The notes below the pieces were generated by a model. It ran no database searches and was not told where the DNA came from. It saw only the letters and a list, made by a program, of their open reading frames with translations. A stretch of 64,000 nt of DNA from Plasmodiophora brassicae (taxonomy: Eukaryota). Of this stretch, positions 1 through 10,967 are shown piece by piece; the stretch's first letter is position 1, and each line of letters starts with the position of its first letter. The DNA lies in NCBI GenBank assembly GCA_036867785.1, contig CP145423.1, positions 620,001 through 684,000 of the forward strand, in the 5' to 3' direction. Made by a program: the position numbers and the translations under genes.

Positions 1-3
1 ACG

Positions 4-445
4 ATGAGGGCGACGACGGTGGTGCAGGCCGCCCATGAGTGGTTCTTCGACGACTACGGCACATGCATCGTATACGCCATCGTTCGGTTCTCCCTGCTGA
101 TCGCGTTCCCGCTCGCCACCTGCTACATCATTGCGTACGTCGTCACGCTGGGCAACGTCTTCCCGCGTCCGCGGCGAAAGGAACCAGGACCATCCGGCCG
201 GTGCTGACGCGCCTCGTTGCCGCCATCTTCCTCGTCCTGTACACGTCGTACAATCTCGGCGGGTACGGCCTGCTGATCGTGTCGGTCAACTTCAGGCACG
301 CGTTCTGGGCGTCGCCCTGGGACACCCTGAACCCAACCTTCGCAACGCTCGTGATGCCCGGGCCGCTGACGTTGGTGGTTGCCACCTGGTTCCACATGAT
401 CAAGTGTGCAACCGATGCCGGGCGAAGACCAGGTGCTGAAGGCTA
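4..445 (+). pseudogene. 5' fragment of a chitin-synthase-like GT2 paralog (frameshifted, truncated)
   Basis: Translations (YGTCIVYAIVRFSLL; PVLTRLVAAIFLVLYTSYNLGGYGLLIVSVNFRHAFWASPWDTL) align with the N-terminus of the ORF at 1817-3640. Frameshift near 160-200; no catalytic domain. Confidence 0.85.
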
Positions 446-489
446 TCGCCTCCAGGTCGTTGCGGCCGAGGCCTTCGGACCTCGCGCGA

Positions 490-830
490 GGCGATCGCGA
501 TCGCCTTTAGGACCTGGTCGTCGGTCGGTGCCCGTCGCCCGGCATCGATCGCACACTTGATGCGGAACCAGGTGGCCACCACCAACGTCAGCGGCTCGAG
601 CATCACGAGTGTTGCGAAGGTTGGGTCCAGGGTGTCTCAGGGCGACGCCCAGCTGCAGAAGGCGTGCCCGAAGTTGAGCGACACGAACAGCAGGCCGTAC
701 ACGCCGAAGTTGTACGACGTGTACAGGACCAGGAAGATGGCTGCAACGAGACGCGTCAGGACCGGATGGTCCTGGTTCTCCTCGCCGTGGAAGACGACGT
801 TGCCCAGCGTGACGACGTACGTGATGATGT
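490..830 (-). pseudogene. Second, inverted 5' fragment of a chitin-synthase-like GT2 paralog
   Basis: Minus strand reads ITYVVTLGNVVFHGEENQDHPVLTRLVAAIFLVLYTSYNFGVYGLL...stop...MLEPLTLVVATWFRIKCAIDAGRRAPTDDQVLKAIA, matching the start of 1817-3640, with TGA in place of a Trp codon. Confidence 0.85.
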
Positions 831-1816
831 GAGGAGGTCTGGACTTGAGATGCAGACGACCTCGTGGGACCCCCTTCCGAGTTCCGCCACAACCACTCTT
901 TCCCAAGCTGTTGCCGATCAGCGGCTGGCCGATCGTGTTCAAGTAGAGCCGTGAGCAGTGTGTACTAGCCACGTTTCCAACACTCGCAACCGGAGCCCAT
1001 GTTGCGGCCCGGACACACATGGACGCTCTTGTCGTACACCCGTTCGCCACTTACGACGCCTTCGCCATATCCCTGAGAAAACGCTTCTGGACAGGCAGTT
1101 CATTCAATGCAGTTGACATGGCATCCCTACCTACGAATGTTTGCATGGCCTGTTCCCGTAGTATTTGCTGGTTACCTGGAAACAGTCTGGACGAGCGGGA
1201 GGCACCCTGTTGAGCGTCTTGGGAACGGTAGCCCCTGGGCAGTAGGCGAGCTAGTCGCTGTCGGAAGTTCACGGGCAGACCTCGACCAGTACGGCTGACA
1301 GTTGATTGTGGTCGGTGCCTGGGCAGGGACACGCTGACCTAGCTTACTGATCTACGGCAGCCACAGGTTGGCGTGATGCCAGGAACGCCTCACTCCCAGT
1401 GACTGACCGGCCGGTGGCCGGGTAGAGCGAGCCGGCGCCCCCCATGGCACCCGCCGCGTTCTGTGCAGGCAGACGCCGCGTTGCGTTTGCATGTTGTCGC
1501 GCCAAGTTCCGACGTCGTAATGCGGAACCGCAGTGGCCGTTGCACGTTGCCCATGCTCGGTCGACGGCGTGCCTTAACGGTGCTGGCGTGCGCGCGCCGC
1601 GTCACTGTCGCTTGTATTTCTCCGAAGGTTCAGTGCGCGCGCGCGCCCCGTCAGTGTCGGTTCTATTTCTCCGACGGTTCAGTGCGCGCCCCCGCTACGC
1701 TCCGATGCAGTCCCAGACTGTGAACCCCCAAACTGGCGCGAATCTTCAGCCTCCGAAACGAACGGTGATCGTGTCACGTTCGGTCGTCTTCTCATTGTGA
1801 TTGAAGACGGATTGCG

Positions 1817-3640
1817 ATGACGACGACGGCGACCTCGATCGTGCAGGCCGCCCAGCAGCTCTTGAACGTTTATGGCACGTCTATCGTGTTCGCCCTCGTG
1901 TGGGGTTCCCTCCTGATGGCGTTCCTGCACGCCATCGCGTACATTGTCACCTACATTGTCACCCTGGGCAACGTGGTCGTTTACGGGGAGAAGGACCAGG
2001 AGCACCCGGTGCTGACGCGCCTGGTTGCGGCCACGTTCCTGGTCCTGTACACGTCGTACAACATCGGCGTGTACGGCCTACTGATCGCGTCGGTCAACTT
2101 CCGTCACGCGTTCAGGGCGTCTCCCTGGGACAGGCTGGACGCAACCTTCGCCATGCTGGTGATGCTGGAACCGCTGGCGTTGGTTGTGGCCACCTGGTTC
2201 CGCGTCAAGTGTGCGATTGACGCCGGGCGACGGGCTCCGACGGACGCCCAGGTCCTGAAGGCGATCGCCACGCGGGCGACGAAGAAGCGGGTGCGCAACC
2301 AGAACCCGTACGTCACGGTCGTCATGCCGATCTACAACGAGCCGATCGAGACGCTCATGACGGCGATCAACTCGGTGGCGCAGGCCGAGTACCCGACGCA
2401 TCGTCTGCACCTCGTGCTGGCGTTCGACTCGGACGAGGTGTCGACGCTGTACCGGACGGTCATCTACTGCCTGGTGGCGGGCAAGACCTGTATCGACAGC
2501 AGCATGCTGACGACGGGCAACGTGCTGGACGAGATCGGGGTCAGCGGCGACGGCCTGCCTGCCGTCGGCGTCGACATCATGTTCCGGGGCCTGAAGGTCA
2601 CGCCCTGCCGGTTCGTGCATGGCGGCAAGCGGCACGCGCAGATGTGCGCCTTCCGCTACCTGTCCGACCTGTACGCCGCCCTGGCGACGAAGCCGCTGCT
2701 CCTGTTCATCGATTCCGACATTGAGCTGGACGCGCTGGCCATCGCGCACTTCACCTACGAGATGATGGGGCAGACGGGCGTCTACCGCGACGCGCTGACC
2801 GGGCTGATCACGTGCAAGACGGCCGGCACGTACAGCTTCCTGAAGGTGCTGCAGGACGCCGAGTACGTCGAGTCGCAGATGCTCCAGCGCAACGCTGAGG
2901 ACTACCTCGGGTCGGTGTCCTGCCTGCCCGGCGCCCTCACCATGGTCCGGTTCGAGTCGCTGGCCAGGGTGGCGCCCACCTACTTCGGCAACATGGACGC
3001 CGTCGACAGCTTCGACTTCAACCGGACGCACCTGGGCGAGGACCGCTACCTGACGCACCTGCTGATGGAGCGGTGCGCCGACCGGTACCGGATCGGGTTC
3101 TGCCCGTCGGCCCGCTGCAAGACGGAGGGATGCGCCACGTTCCGCTCGCTGATGAAGCAGCGCCGACGCTGGTACCTGGGCACGCTGCTCAACGAGGTCT
3201 ACCAGCTGACGTCGCCGACGCTCTGGCGGCAATTCCCCGGCCTGAACACGCTCCTGGCCCTGTCCGCCCTGCGCAACGGCCCCTTGTTCGTGTATGCCCT
3301 GTGCCTGCAGCTGATGCAGGGCCAGGGCACCTGGTACACGGTCGGGTACGCCGTTGCCGTCTTCGGCGTCATCTGGCTGTACCTGATCGTGGTGGCGGTC
3401 AGGATCGGGCGGATCAAGATCACCTGGGTCTATCCCGCCGTGGTCTTGGTCCTCCCCATCCTGGCCGCCGGATTCCAGCTGTATGGAATCCTGACGTTCA
3501 GGGTGCGGACCTGGGGCGGCCCCCGCACCGCCGTCGTCGACGTCGAGGCGCCCCCGGCCGTCGACGCTGAGGCGCCCCCGGCCGTCGACGCTGCCGGTCA
3601 CGACCAGGACCTCCTCCAGGAAGTCGTTGTCGTGCCGTAG
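1817..3640 (+). CDS. Chitin synthase-like GT2 glycosyltransferase (607 aa, intronless)
   Basis: Motifs VVMPIYNE, GGKRHAQ, LLFIDSD, CLPGALTM, LGEDRYLT and QRRRW; N- and C-terminal hydrophobic helices; RTWGGPR end motif. Confidence 0.9.
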   Translation: MTTTATSIVQAAQQLLNVYGTSIVFALVWGSLLMAFLHAIAYIVTYIVTLGNVVVYGEKDQEHPVLTRLVAATFLVLYTSYNIGVYGLLIASVNFRHAFRASPWDRLDATFAMLVMLEPLALVVATWFRVKCAIDAGRRAPTDAQVLKAIATRATKKRVRNQNPYVTVVMPIYNEPIETLMTAINSVAQAEYPTHRLHLVLAFDSDEVSTLYRTVIYCLVAGKTCIDSSMLTTGNVLDEIGVSGDGLPAVGVDIMFRGLKVTPCRFVHGGKRHAQMCAFRYLSDLYAALATKPLLLFIDSDIELDALAIAHFTYEMMGQTGVYRDALTGLITCKTAGTYSFLKVLQDAEYVESQMLQRNAEDYLGSVSCLPGALTMVRFESLARVAPTYFGNMDAVDSFDFNRTHLGEDRYLTHLLMERCADRYRIGFCPSARCKTEGCATFRSLMKQRRRWYLGTLLNEVYQLTSPTLWRQFPGLNTLLALSALRNGPLFVYALCLQLMQGQGTWYTVGYAVAVFGVIWLYLIVVAVRIGRIKITWVYPAVVLVLPILAAGFQLYGILTFRVRTWGGPRTAVVDVEAPPAVDAEAPPAVDAAGHDQDLLQEVVVVP

Positions 3641-4013
3641 CTGCCGATATCACCATGATACACATGATCAGTTTAGCCGCATCTCGAATTGTCACAGGCC
3701 CATGGCGGCCGGGTAGAACCCATGCAGGTGATCACGGTCATCAGGCGGCCGATCCCCTGACCCTCGGTATGGCGATGACGAGTAGCGGGAATGGCCGTGA
3801 ACATTACGATGGCGTACGTGTACCCAGGTACACTGGCGCCCCTGCAGAAGCGGCCTGTAAGGAGAGGAACGTAGGCGAAGGGCGGGCCGTGGCGCCGGGC
3901 TTAGGCTCGCCTTCCGTCATGAGTACAGCTGGCGGTGGCATGCCCTCCCGGCCGGTGACTGGGTCCACGACCGCGGGTGGCCGTTGCCCGTCGTTCCGCC
4001 GCGTCCTGCTGCC

Positions 4014-6986
4014 ATGGGCACCACCTGGGCGTTCTGGGCGACGACTCGACAGCCGCGATGCATAACGTCGCGTTGTGCGACGATTTGTATTGGACACCTG
4101 CCCCGAGAACGGCTCTCGTGGCCTATATTAGTTGGGCGGTCCGCGATGGGCTGTTGGGCGTGTCGGCCGCCATCGCTGCGCTGTGGCGTCCAGCGCGCTC
4201 GCCGTCGACTGCTGGGTACTGTGGTGCGATCGTCGACGTCGCCCGACGCCTCCGATGCGGGGTCGGGCACGTCGATGATCGACCTGTTCCTGCAGCAGCC
4301 GTCGGTCGGCCTGGGGCTGACGGCGGTGCGCCACGAGCCGGATCCGGACCGCGCCTTCACGATGTTTCGCATGATGCTGATGTCGCGCGACATCGACATG
4401 CGCGTGTTCCAGACGATGATGACGTATTGCAAGCAGCGTGCGCCGGCGAAGGCCCCGGCCGTGTTCGACCGCGCCCTGATGCACGGCGTCGACCTGCCGC
4501 TGAGCGACGGGTTCTTCTGCACCTACCTGGGCGCCTGCCAGCGCGCCACGCCGATCCCGCTCGACAACGTCCTGCAGCGGTACCGCAGGGTGGGCCCTCG
4601 CACCCACAACGTCATCTTCGGGATGGCCAACATCTGCAGGGTGGCGAGGAAGCCCGAGGCGGCGCTGTTCCTCGTCTGGGACGCCGTCAGCAACAAACTC
4701 GTCTTCACCGAGAAGCTCCTGTCCTTGTTCGCGGCCTGCTGTGCGGAATCGCACTCGAAAGACGGCGCCGACACCGCCAAGTATCTGCTGTCGATGCTCT
4801 GCTCGAAGCGCATCGCCACGTTCCCGAACGTGCAGCTGTTCGCCAACCTCGTCAAGGCCGTTCTGGACCAGGACCGGATCGACAGCGCTCTGAAGGCGCT
4901 GGCGCTGATGGATATCCTGGAGGTGCCTCCGTCCGAGCACATCTTCACCATGGTCCTGTCCTCGCTCGTCAGGGCCGCCCGCCTTCAGCAATCCCTCGCC
5001 GTCTACCGCACGATGGCGCAGCGCGGCATTCCAGTGTTCCACGCGCTGCTCCCGTCGCTCATCGCCCTGTGTGGACGCCACTCCGATCTGGCCGCCGTCC
5101 AGGACCTGCATCGGTATGCGGACGCGCGCTCCCTGCTCAGCAACGACTACGTCGCCTGCGCGTTGATTTCCGCATACGATAAGTGCCAGCGCCCGGACGC
5201 GGCCGAGCAAGTCTTCCTGGCCCGGTTCGCCGTATCGACGCCGGACGAAGCCCTGTTCACGGCCATCGTGTCGTCGTACTGCCACCATGGCATGCTGGAC
5301 AGTGCCGCCGGCATGTTCGCCAAGCTGAAGGCGTCAGGGCAGGTGCCGACGCAGGCGGCCTACACGGTCCTGCTGTGGGGCCTGTGCCGAGGAAAGTCGA
5401 GCGATCAGGCGCTGGCGTTGTTCCGCGACATGCTGGACCAGAAGGTTCCTGTCAGCCCCGCCGTGTTCAGCCTTCTGGTCGGCGCCTGCGCCAACGCCGC
5501 CGACGTCGACAACCTCTATCAGTATGCGCGGGCGACGCCGTTACTCGACAACGACCGTGTGGTCGGTGCGTTCATCGCCGCCTACGCCCGGCTGCACAAA
5601 GCGGACGTCGCCGGCGACGTTTTCCATTCGGTTGCCTCCCCCGGTACAGACGCGTTCAGTGCGATTATCGACGTCTCTGTCGCCCAGCGACGGTTGCCGG
5701 ACGTCTTCGACTTGGTGGGTCAGGCTGCCGACGCCGGCGTGCCCCTGCAGAAGCCGACAATGGCCGCCATTGTCGACCTGCTTGCTGAGCTGCCTCATTG
5801 CGACCATCCTGTCAAGGTTGTTACCTCCGTTGAAGGGCACAAGTCTGCCGTCAGGCCCGGCCACCTCGCTCGCCTGTCGACCGGATGCGGACGTCGCGGG
5901 GAGCGCTCGTCCCTGATCGTCCTGCATCAGCTGGCGCGGGACAGGGCGCTTCTCGGCAACGACGACGTGACCCGAGCCCTGGTGTCGGCGTTCAGTGCGG
6001 CCGGCGATCTCGACTCCGCCAAGGCGGTCTTCGGCGAGCGTTCCGCGATCTCGACGCCCGACGTGGCGACGTGGGACGCGATGCTGGCCGCGCTCAGCCT
6101 CCACGGGACCCTACCGGAAACGGCAACCGCGTTCGACGACATGACGTCGGCCGGCATGCGACCGTCGACCAGGACCCTGACGTCACTGTTACGCGCCTGC
6201 GCCCGGGCCAGGGACCCGGCCCGGGCGGATGCCTTGCTGAGGGAGTTCGCCGACGTCTGGGACGTGCCGTTGTCGGGCGAACACGTCCGGTGCATCGTCG
6301 ACCTGCATGGCAGGATCGGCAACGTGGGCGACGCCGAGCGCATCGCCTCTGCCCAGCTGCCACGTGATGCCGGCGCCTGGCTGACCGTCCTGCGGGCCTG
6401 CCGTAAGCACAAGGACGTGGCGCGTGCCGAGCGCGCCCTGTCCGCGCTGACCGCGCTACCAGGGGTCACATCCAGGCAACGGCAGTCCGCTTTCAGCCTC
6501 GTGGTCGACGTGTACAGGGCAGCCGGCCGGACCGACGATGCTGAGCGTCTGCGAGGCGAATGCCGTTCCTGTAATTTGCCACCAGGGGACCATCAGCCGA
6601 CGACGACGTTGCATCTGCAGGATCGGTGCGTCCAGGTCTCCGATGCGTTGTACGAATCCGATCCCGGCCTTCGTGAGTGCCATCGCGCGATGGTGGCCCG
6701 TCTGGTCGAGAACGGGCACCCGCCGAACCTGCCCGCTGCGCCAGATCACGACGCGTGTCAGCGCGTACGACCGCACAGTGCAGAGCTGGCGTTGGCCTGC
6801 GGGTTGATATCGAACGACGATAGCCGCTGCACCATCCGGCTGACCCAGGACGCGATTCTGTGCACCGACTGCCACCAGGTCGCGAAGACCGTGTCGCAGG
6901 TCTACGTGACCGATGCCTACATCCGGGACGACGTCGTCCATCACCATTTCAGCCAAGGGCACTGCTCTTGCGATGATTACTGGTAA
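4014..6986 (+). CDS. Pentatricopeptide-repeat protein with C-terminal DYW-like domain (start Met 4014 or 4146)
   Basis: Repeated PPR-like 35-aa motifs (e.g. FTAIVSSYCHHGMLDSAAGMFAKLKASGQVPT, WDAMLAALSLHGTLPETATAFDDMTSAGMRPS); C-terminus HSAELALACGLI...CTDCH...HHFSQGHCSCDDYW. Arg-rich, acid-poor N-terminus from Met 4146 resembles a mitochondrial presequence. Confidence 0.9.
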   Translation: MGTTWAFWATTRQPRCITSRCATICIGHLPRERLSWPILVGRSAMGCWACRPPSLRCGVQRARRRLLGTVVRSSTSPDASDAGSGTSMIDLFLQQPSVGLGLTAVRHEPDPDRAFTMFRMMLMSRDIDMRVFQTMMTYCKQRAPAKAPAVFDRALMHGVDLPLSDGFFCTYLGACQRATPIPLDNVLQRYRRVGPRTHNVIFGMANICRVARKPEAALFLVWDAVSNKLVFTEKLLSLFAACCAESHSKDGADTAKYLLSMLCSKRIATFPNVQLFANLVKAVLDQDRIDSALKALALMDILEVPPSEHIFTMVLSSLVRAARLQQSLAVYRTMAQRGIPVFHALLPSLIALCGRHSDLAAVQDLHRYADARSLLSNDYVACALISAYDKCQRPDAAEQVFLARFAVSTPDEALFTAIVSSYCHHGMLDSAAGMFAKLKASGQVPTQAAYTVLLWGLCRGKSSDQALALFRDMLDQKVPVSPAVFSLLVGACANAADVDNLYQYARATPLLDNDRVVGAFIAAYARLHKADVAGDVFHSVASPGTDAFSAIIDVSVAQRRLPDVFDLVGQAADAGVPLQKPTMAAIVDLLAELPHCDHPVKVVTSVEGHKSAVRPGHLARLSTGCGRRGERSSLIVLHQLARDRALLGNDDVTRALVSAFSAAGDLDSAKAVFGERSAISTPDVATWDAMLAALSLHGTLPETATAFDDMTSAGMRPSTRTLTSLLRACARARDPARADALLREFADVWDVPLSGEHVRCIVDLHGRIGNVGDAERIASAQLPRDAGAWLTVLRACRKHKDVARAERALSALTALPGVTSRQRQSAFSLVVDVYRAAGRTDDAERLRGECRSCNLPPGDHQPTTTLHLQDRCVQVSDALYESDPGLRECHRAMVARLVENGHPPNLPAAPDHDACQRVRPHSAELALACGLISNDDSRCTIRLTQDAILCTDCHQVAKTVSQVYVTDAYIRDDVVHHHFSQGHCSCDDYW

Positions 6987-7152
6987 TACTGGGTGGGGGC
7001 GCGGTTTCCCCCTGTCATGCACGATATGGATCCATGGCGTCGGCCCAATGTCGACGCCAGGTAGCGGGTCGCGTGTCACGAAACAATCGACGTGCACACA
7101 TCTAACAGCAAATAAATAGTATACATCTATATACATTCTACAGGGGCGAGCG

Positions 7153-8306
7153 TCACGTGGACTTTGGCCGCAGGATCTGATCGCACACGTCTTTGGAGTA
7201 CGTGTGCGATTCGATGTCTCTGTAGAGCGCGGGCTCCAGGCGGCGGATCAGGTCGAGCGTGAACGCAATCGTCAGGCGAGCATTGAGCGCCGGCCACTTG
7301 CGGTAGTTGAGGATCTCATTCGGGCTGCACAGCAATGAACGGCCACGCGTCCGTTAGCCAGAATCCCACCCAGGTACATCATTATTAGGCGCGTCGTACT
7401 TGCCAACGCTGAACAGGCCGTCGCGGACCAGCACGACCTGGGCGACGATCGCAACGATATTGTTGTGGACGCCGAACCCGAGAAGAAAGTCCCAGAGTTT
7501 CAGCACCTCGGAGAACGGCTGCAGGACACACGATATGCTCGACACGACTGCACAGGGACACACAGGAAACACATTGAGCAACGCCGACGGTTAGGCCGTT
7601 TGGCAGGCGGCCGTACGGGCGAACGCGTAGACGGTGGCTTCCAGGCGCCTCGATCGCAGGTGATGGAACAGGTCCGGGTCGGCCGCCTGCAGGCACCGGT
7701 CGACGAGGACGCAGCCGGCCCTGGCGCCCGCCATGTTCGCCAGCCAGTACGTCGGGCAGTACACCTTGATGAACCGGGAGAAGGCCGCCTGCGCCTCCAG
7801 CTCGCTCATGCAGTACAGGAACGGGGCCGCCACCGCGTTCATCCCCTGCAGGTACGAGAAGACGCCGTCGGCGGCGTTCTCGTGGACGAACGAGTTCAGC
7901 AGCCGGATCAGGGAGTTCTCGGTGACGCGCGCCTGGAACGATTTCTCCTACAACAACGGCCCGGGTTGGTCAGCGGACCCTGCCGGCCTGGAGCAACAGC
8001 AGCATCGTTCCGTTTTACATTTGGGAACGTCCGGAACGAATCGCTCCGTATCTTCTGGTACTGCTTGCACGGCCCCAGGCGTATCAGGCTGCCGTAGCGT
8101 TCGGCGCTGACGCTCGGGACGGCGAGCAGCGTCATCCAGACGAGGCCGCGGACCGGGACGCCCCGGTCGTCGGCGGCGGCGCCGTGCAGGAGCAGGTGCC
8201 GGCGCAGCTGGAACAGCATCTCGACGGCATTGTCGTCCTCGTCGCCGGCGGCGCACGCGTCCAGGAACCGGCGCAGGCAGGCGGCCAGGGCCTGATCGGA
8301 CGCCAT
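7153..8306 (-). CDS. BUB2: Bub2/Cdc16-like TBC-domain (Rab-GAP) protein, 4 exons
   Basis: RGLVWMTLL, KIRSDSFRTF, LIRLLNSF, YLQGMNAVAAPFLY and EVLKLWDFLLGFGVHNNI motifs; three GT-AG introns (~7950-8020, ~7550-7615, ~7325-7400) join the ORF pieces in frame. Confidence 0.85.
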
Positions 8307-8809
8307 CGCCGTTGTCGTTGTTGTTGGGAGACCGCGGCGCCGCCCGCCCCAAAAAAAGGCCGGGCGAGGAGGGGGCGCCGGCGCGGCCCCGCCACAAACC
8401 GCCTGTCGCGCATTTTGATTTTTGCGCGGCGCCGCTCCTCGTTTTCAGTCTGCGCCGCTCCGATGCATTCGGAGACCGGGGCACTGCTCCCGGATTGATG
8501 GCGGCCCGCCACCACGTGGGTAAAGTGAGCGGGTCACGGTCAAGGTGGTGGGGAGGAGGGGTGACGTCGACCCACTCGTCAGCGGGTGAGTCAACTGCGT
8601 TGCGATGCCCCGACGCCCACCCGGGTCAACGCTGGACGGTCGGTGCGGTCCAACGCCCCATTCTGTAATTCTACGTCTATCGGGGTGCGAGCGTGCCTGC
8701 CTGCCAGCGTTTCTGTGCGCGCGCCTCGCTCTGTGTGTGGCACCCCCCAAACTTTGTACCTCGCCGCTGCAACAGTGCCCAAACCCTGGCGACGCCCTCG
8801 TCCTCGCCA

Positions 8810-10789
8810 ATGTGGCAGCAGGCAGCGCCCACTTCTGCTGCTGCTGCTGAGGCGGCCCGATGGGCGCTCGTTCTCTGCCTTTTATGTACGACGGCCGGTG
8901 TCGCCCAGGCGCAGCAGCAGCAGCCTGCTCAGCGCCAGGCGTTCAACTGCCGCAGCCAGAACGGCCTGAAGGTGTCCGAGTCGGTCCAGGCGCAAGCGGG
9001 GACGCTGTCGGACGGCCCGGGCGGCATCCGGTCCAACACGTGGTGCGAATGGGCGGTCAGCGTGCCGCCTGCCGCGCCGGGCGGTGCGCCGGCCGGCCCG
9101 CGTCGCGTCCGCCTGACGTTCCGCACGGTCCAGCTGATGCCCGGCGAGGACTTCATCTGGGTGTTCGACGACGCCGTCAGCAAGACGGTGCCGGTGCAGC
9201 GCCTGACGGGGACGAACACGCCCGGCGTGATCTACTCGGCCAGCGAGGCCGGCCTGCGCGTCGAGTACCGGTCGAGCGAGTTCGGCAACGGCGTGGCCGT
9301 CGCCGAGGAGCAGGGCTTCGACGCCGACTTTGACATTGTCGGCGTGAAGGGCGTGTGCAACCCGTCGCCGTGCGCCGAGCAGAGCGTCTGCATCGAGGAC
9401 GACGCCGGCGGGCACCGGTGCACGCGCTGCCCGATCGGGTACACGGGCGACGGGTCGCAGCGGGGCGGCTGCCGCAAGGTGACGCCCTGCCCGACGCCGA
9501 TCGTGCGCCGCGACCTGCGCCTGATCAGCGCCGGCGAACGCGACCTGTACGTCGGCGCCCTGCAGGCGATGCGGCGCAGCGGCCTGTACGACGAGATCAT
9601 GTGGGTGCACGCCGACAAGTTCAACTTCAACTACGCGCACCTGACCGACGGGTTCCTGCCCTGGCACCGCGAGTACCTGCTGATGATGGAGGACGCCCTG
9701 CGGTCCGTCTCGCCCGAGACGAACTGCCTGGCGATCCCCTTCTGGGACTGGACGGTCGACGCCGCCAACCCGATGGCCTCCATCGTGTGGCGCGACGACT
9801 ACTTTGGGGGCAACGGCGTCGACGTCGGCAACGGGAAGAAGTGCGTTCGCAGCGGGCCGTTCGCCTGGTCGGTCCTCGGCAACGACTGCCTGCAGCGCGA
9901 CCTGAACGGCGCCGGGTTCTTCGCGACGCGCGAGGAGATCCTCAACACGATCGCCAGCAACGACAACTACCGCGACTTCAGCCGCGCCCTGGAGCTGTTC
10001 CACGACACGGTGCACCGGTTCATCGGCGGCACCATGGTGCTGGACAACTCGGCCGACGAGCCCCTCTTCTTCCTGCACCACTCCTTCATCGACATGCTCT
10101 GGTCCGTCTGGCAGGACTGCCACGACTACGACCTGGTGCCGGCGGCCAGCGTCCGCCCCGGCTCCAACGTCTTCATGGGCGGCTACGAGACGGGCGCCCT
10201 GGGCACCGTCGTCAACACCGACTACAACAGCGTCATGCCGTACCGCCTGTCGCATTACAACCCGCAGGTGACGCCGGCCGGCGTCCACGACATCCGCAAG
10301 CTCGGCTACTCGTACGACAACATGCACATCCTGAGCCGCCCGATGACCATCGAGTGGTTCGACCCGCGCTGGACGACCTGCACGATCGAGAACCTGGAGG
10401 CGTTCAAGGCCGCCCCGGACAAGTTCGCGTCGGCGGCAACCAACAGCAAGAGCTTCCAGGTGCTGCGCCAGGACGACGCCGACGCCGCCGTTGCCGTCGT
10501 CGTCCCCGGGCGCAAGGGGTCGCCGGCGACGACGATGCCGCCACGGGCGCTGTACAACGGGCCGACCATGTTCCCCGACCTGATCTGCGCCGGCTCGTAC
10601 ATCAACTTTGCCGACATGTGCGCCTGCATGCACAGCATGTGGAGCGGGGCCGACCTGCGCCACGTCGCCCAGACGCTGCCGTCCTGCCAGCGCGACGACG
10701 TCCTGTCGTGCGTGCCGGGGCGGCCCGCCAACCGCACCCACATGGTCCGGGTGCGCTCGGGCGCCGTCCAGGTCGGCGACGGCCTCTGA
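8810..10789 (+). CDS. Secreted tyrosinase (type-3 copper) with N-terminal CUB and EGF-like domains
   Basis: Signal-like ALVLCLLCTTAGVAQA; CUB pattern (CEWAVSVP, RVRLTF, DFIWVFD, GFDADF); EGF pattern (CNPSPCAEQSVC...CPIGYTGDG); CuA H...YAH...FLPWHREYL and CuB FHDTVHRFIGGTM...PLFFLHHSFIDMLW. Confidence 0.9.
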   Translation: MWQQAAPTSAAAAEAARWALVLCLLCTTAGVAQAQQQQPAQRQAFNCRSQNGLKVSESVQAQAGTLSDGPGGIRSNTWCEWAVSVPPAAPGGAPAGPRRVRLTFRTVQLMPGEDFIWVFDDAVSKTVPVQRLTGTNTPGVIYSASEAGLRVEYRSSEFGNGVAVAEEQGFDADFDIVGVKGVCNPSPCAEQSVCIEDDAGGHRCTRCPIGYTGDGSQRGGCRKVTPCPTPIVRRDLRLISAGERDLYVGALQAMRRSGLYDEIMWVHADKFNFNYAHLTDGFLPWHREYLLMMEDALRSVSPETNCLAIPFWDWTVDAANPMASIVWRDDYFGGNGVDVGNGKKCVRSGPFAWSVLGNDCLQRDLNGAGFFATREEILNTIASNDNYRDFSRALELFHDTVHRFIGGTMVLDNSADEPLFFLHHSFIDMLWSVWQDCHDYDLVPAASVRPGSNVFMGGYETGALGTVVNTDYNSVMPYRLSHYNPQVTPAGVHDIRKLGYSYDNMHILSRPMTIEWFDPRWTTCTIENLEAFKAAPDKFASAATNSKSFQVLRQDDADAAVAVVVPGRKGSPATTMPPRALYNGPTMFPDLICAGSYINFADMCACMHSMWSGADLRHVAQTLPSCQRDDVLSCVPGRPANRTHMVRVRSGAVQVGDGL

Positions 10790-10967
10790 TGATGCCCTGG
10801 CTCGCTCATAACGTCCCGATCCCCAGACATCACCCCGGTCGTATAAACGGTTAAACTAAGCGTGCTCCATGCGGATCGATCGATCCGGGCGGTACGCCTG
10901 CAACACCCGCATTGCTGTTGTTGCTGCTGCTGCTGTTGCTGGTCGCAGGTCGTCGTCGTAGTCGCTG

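Noticed and set aside
850-1400. AT-richer segment with broken ORFs
   Set aside because: Possibly a TE relic, but no recognisable motif.
1614-1695. Short direct repeat upstream of the chitin synthase, and the 24-bp repeat at its C-terminus
   Set aside because: Consistent with simple local duplications; no evidence of function.
2078-3601. Long antisense ORFs (also 8882-10741, 4128-5288 and others)
   Set aside because: Shadow frames of GC3-rich genes; no motifs.
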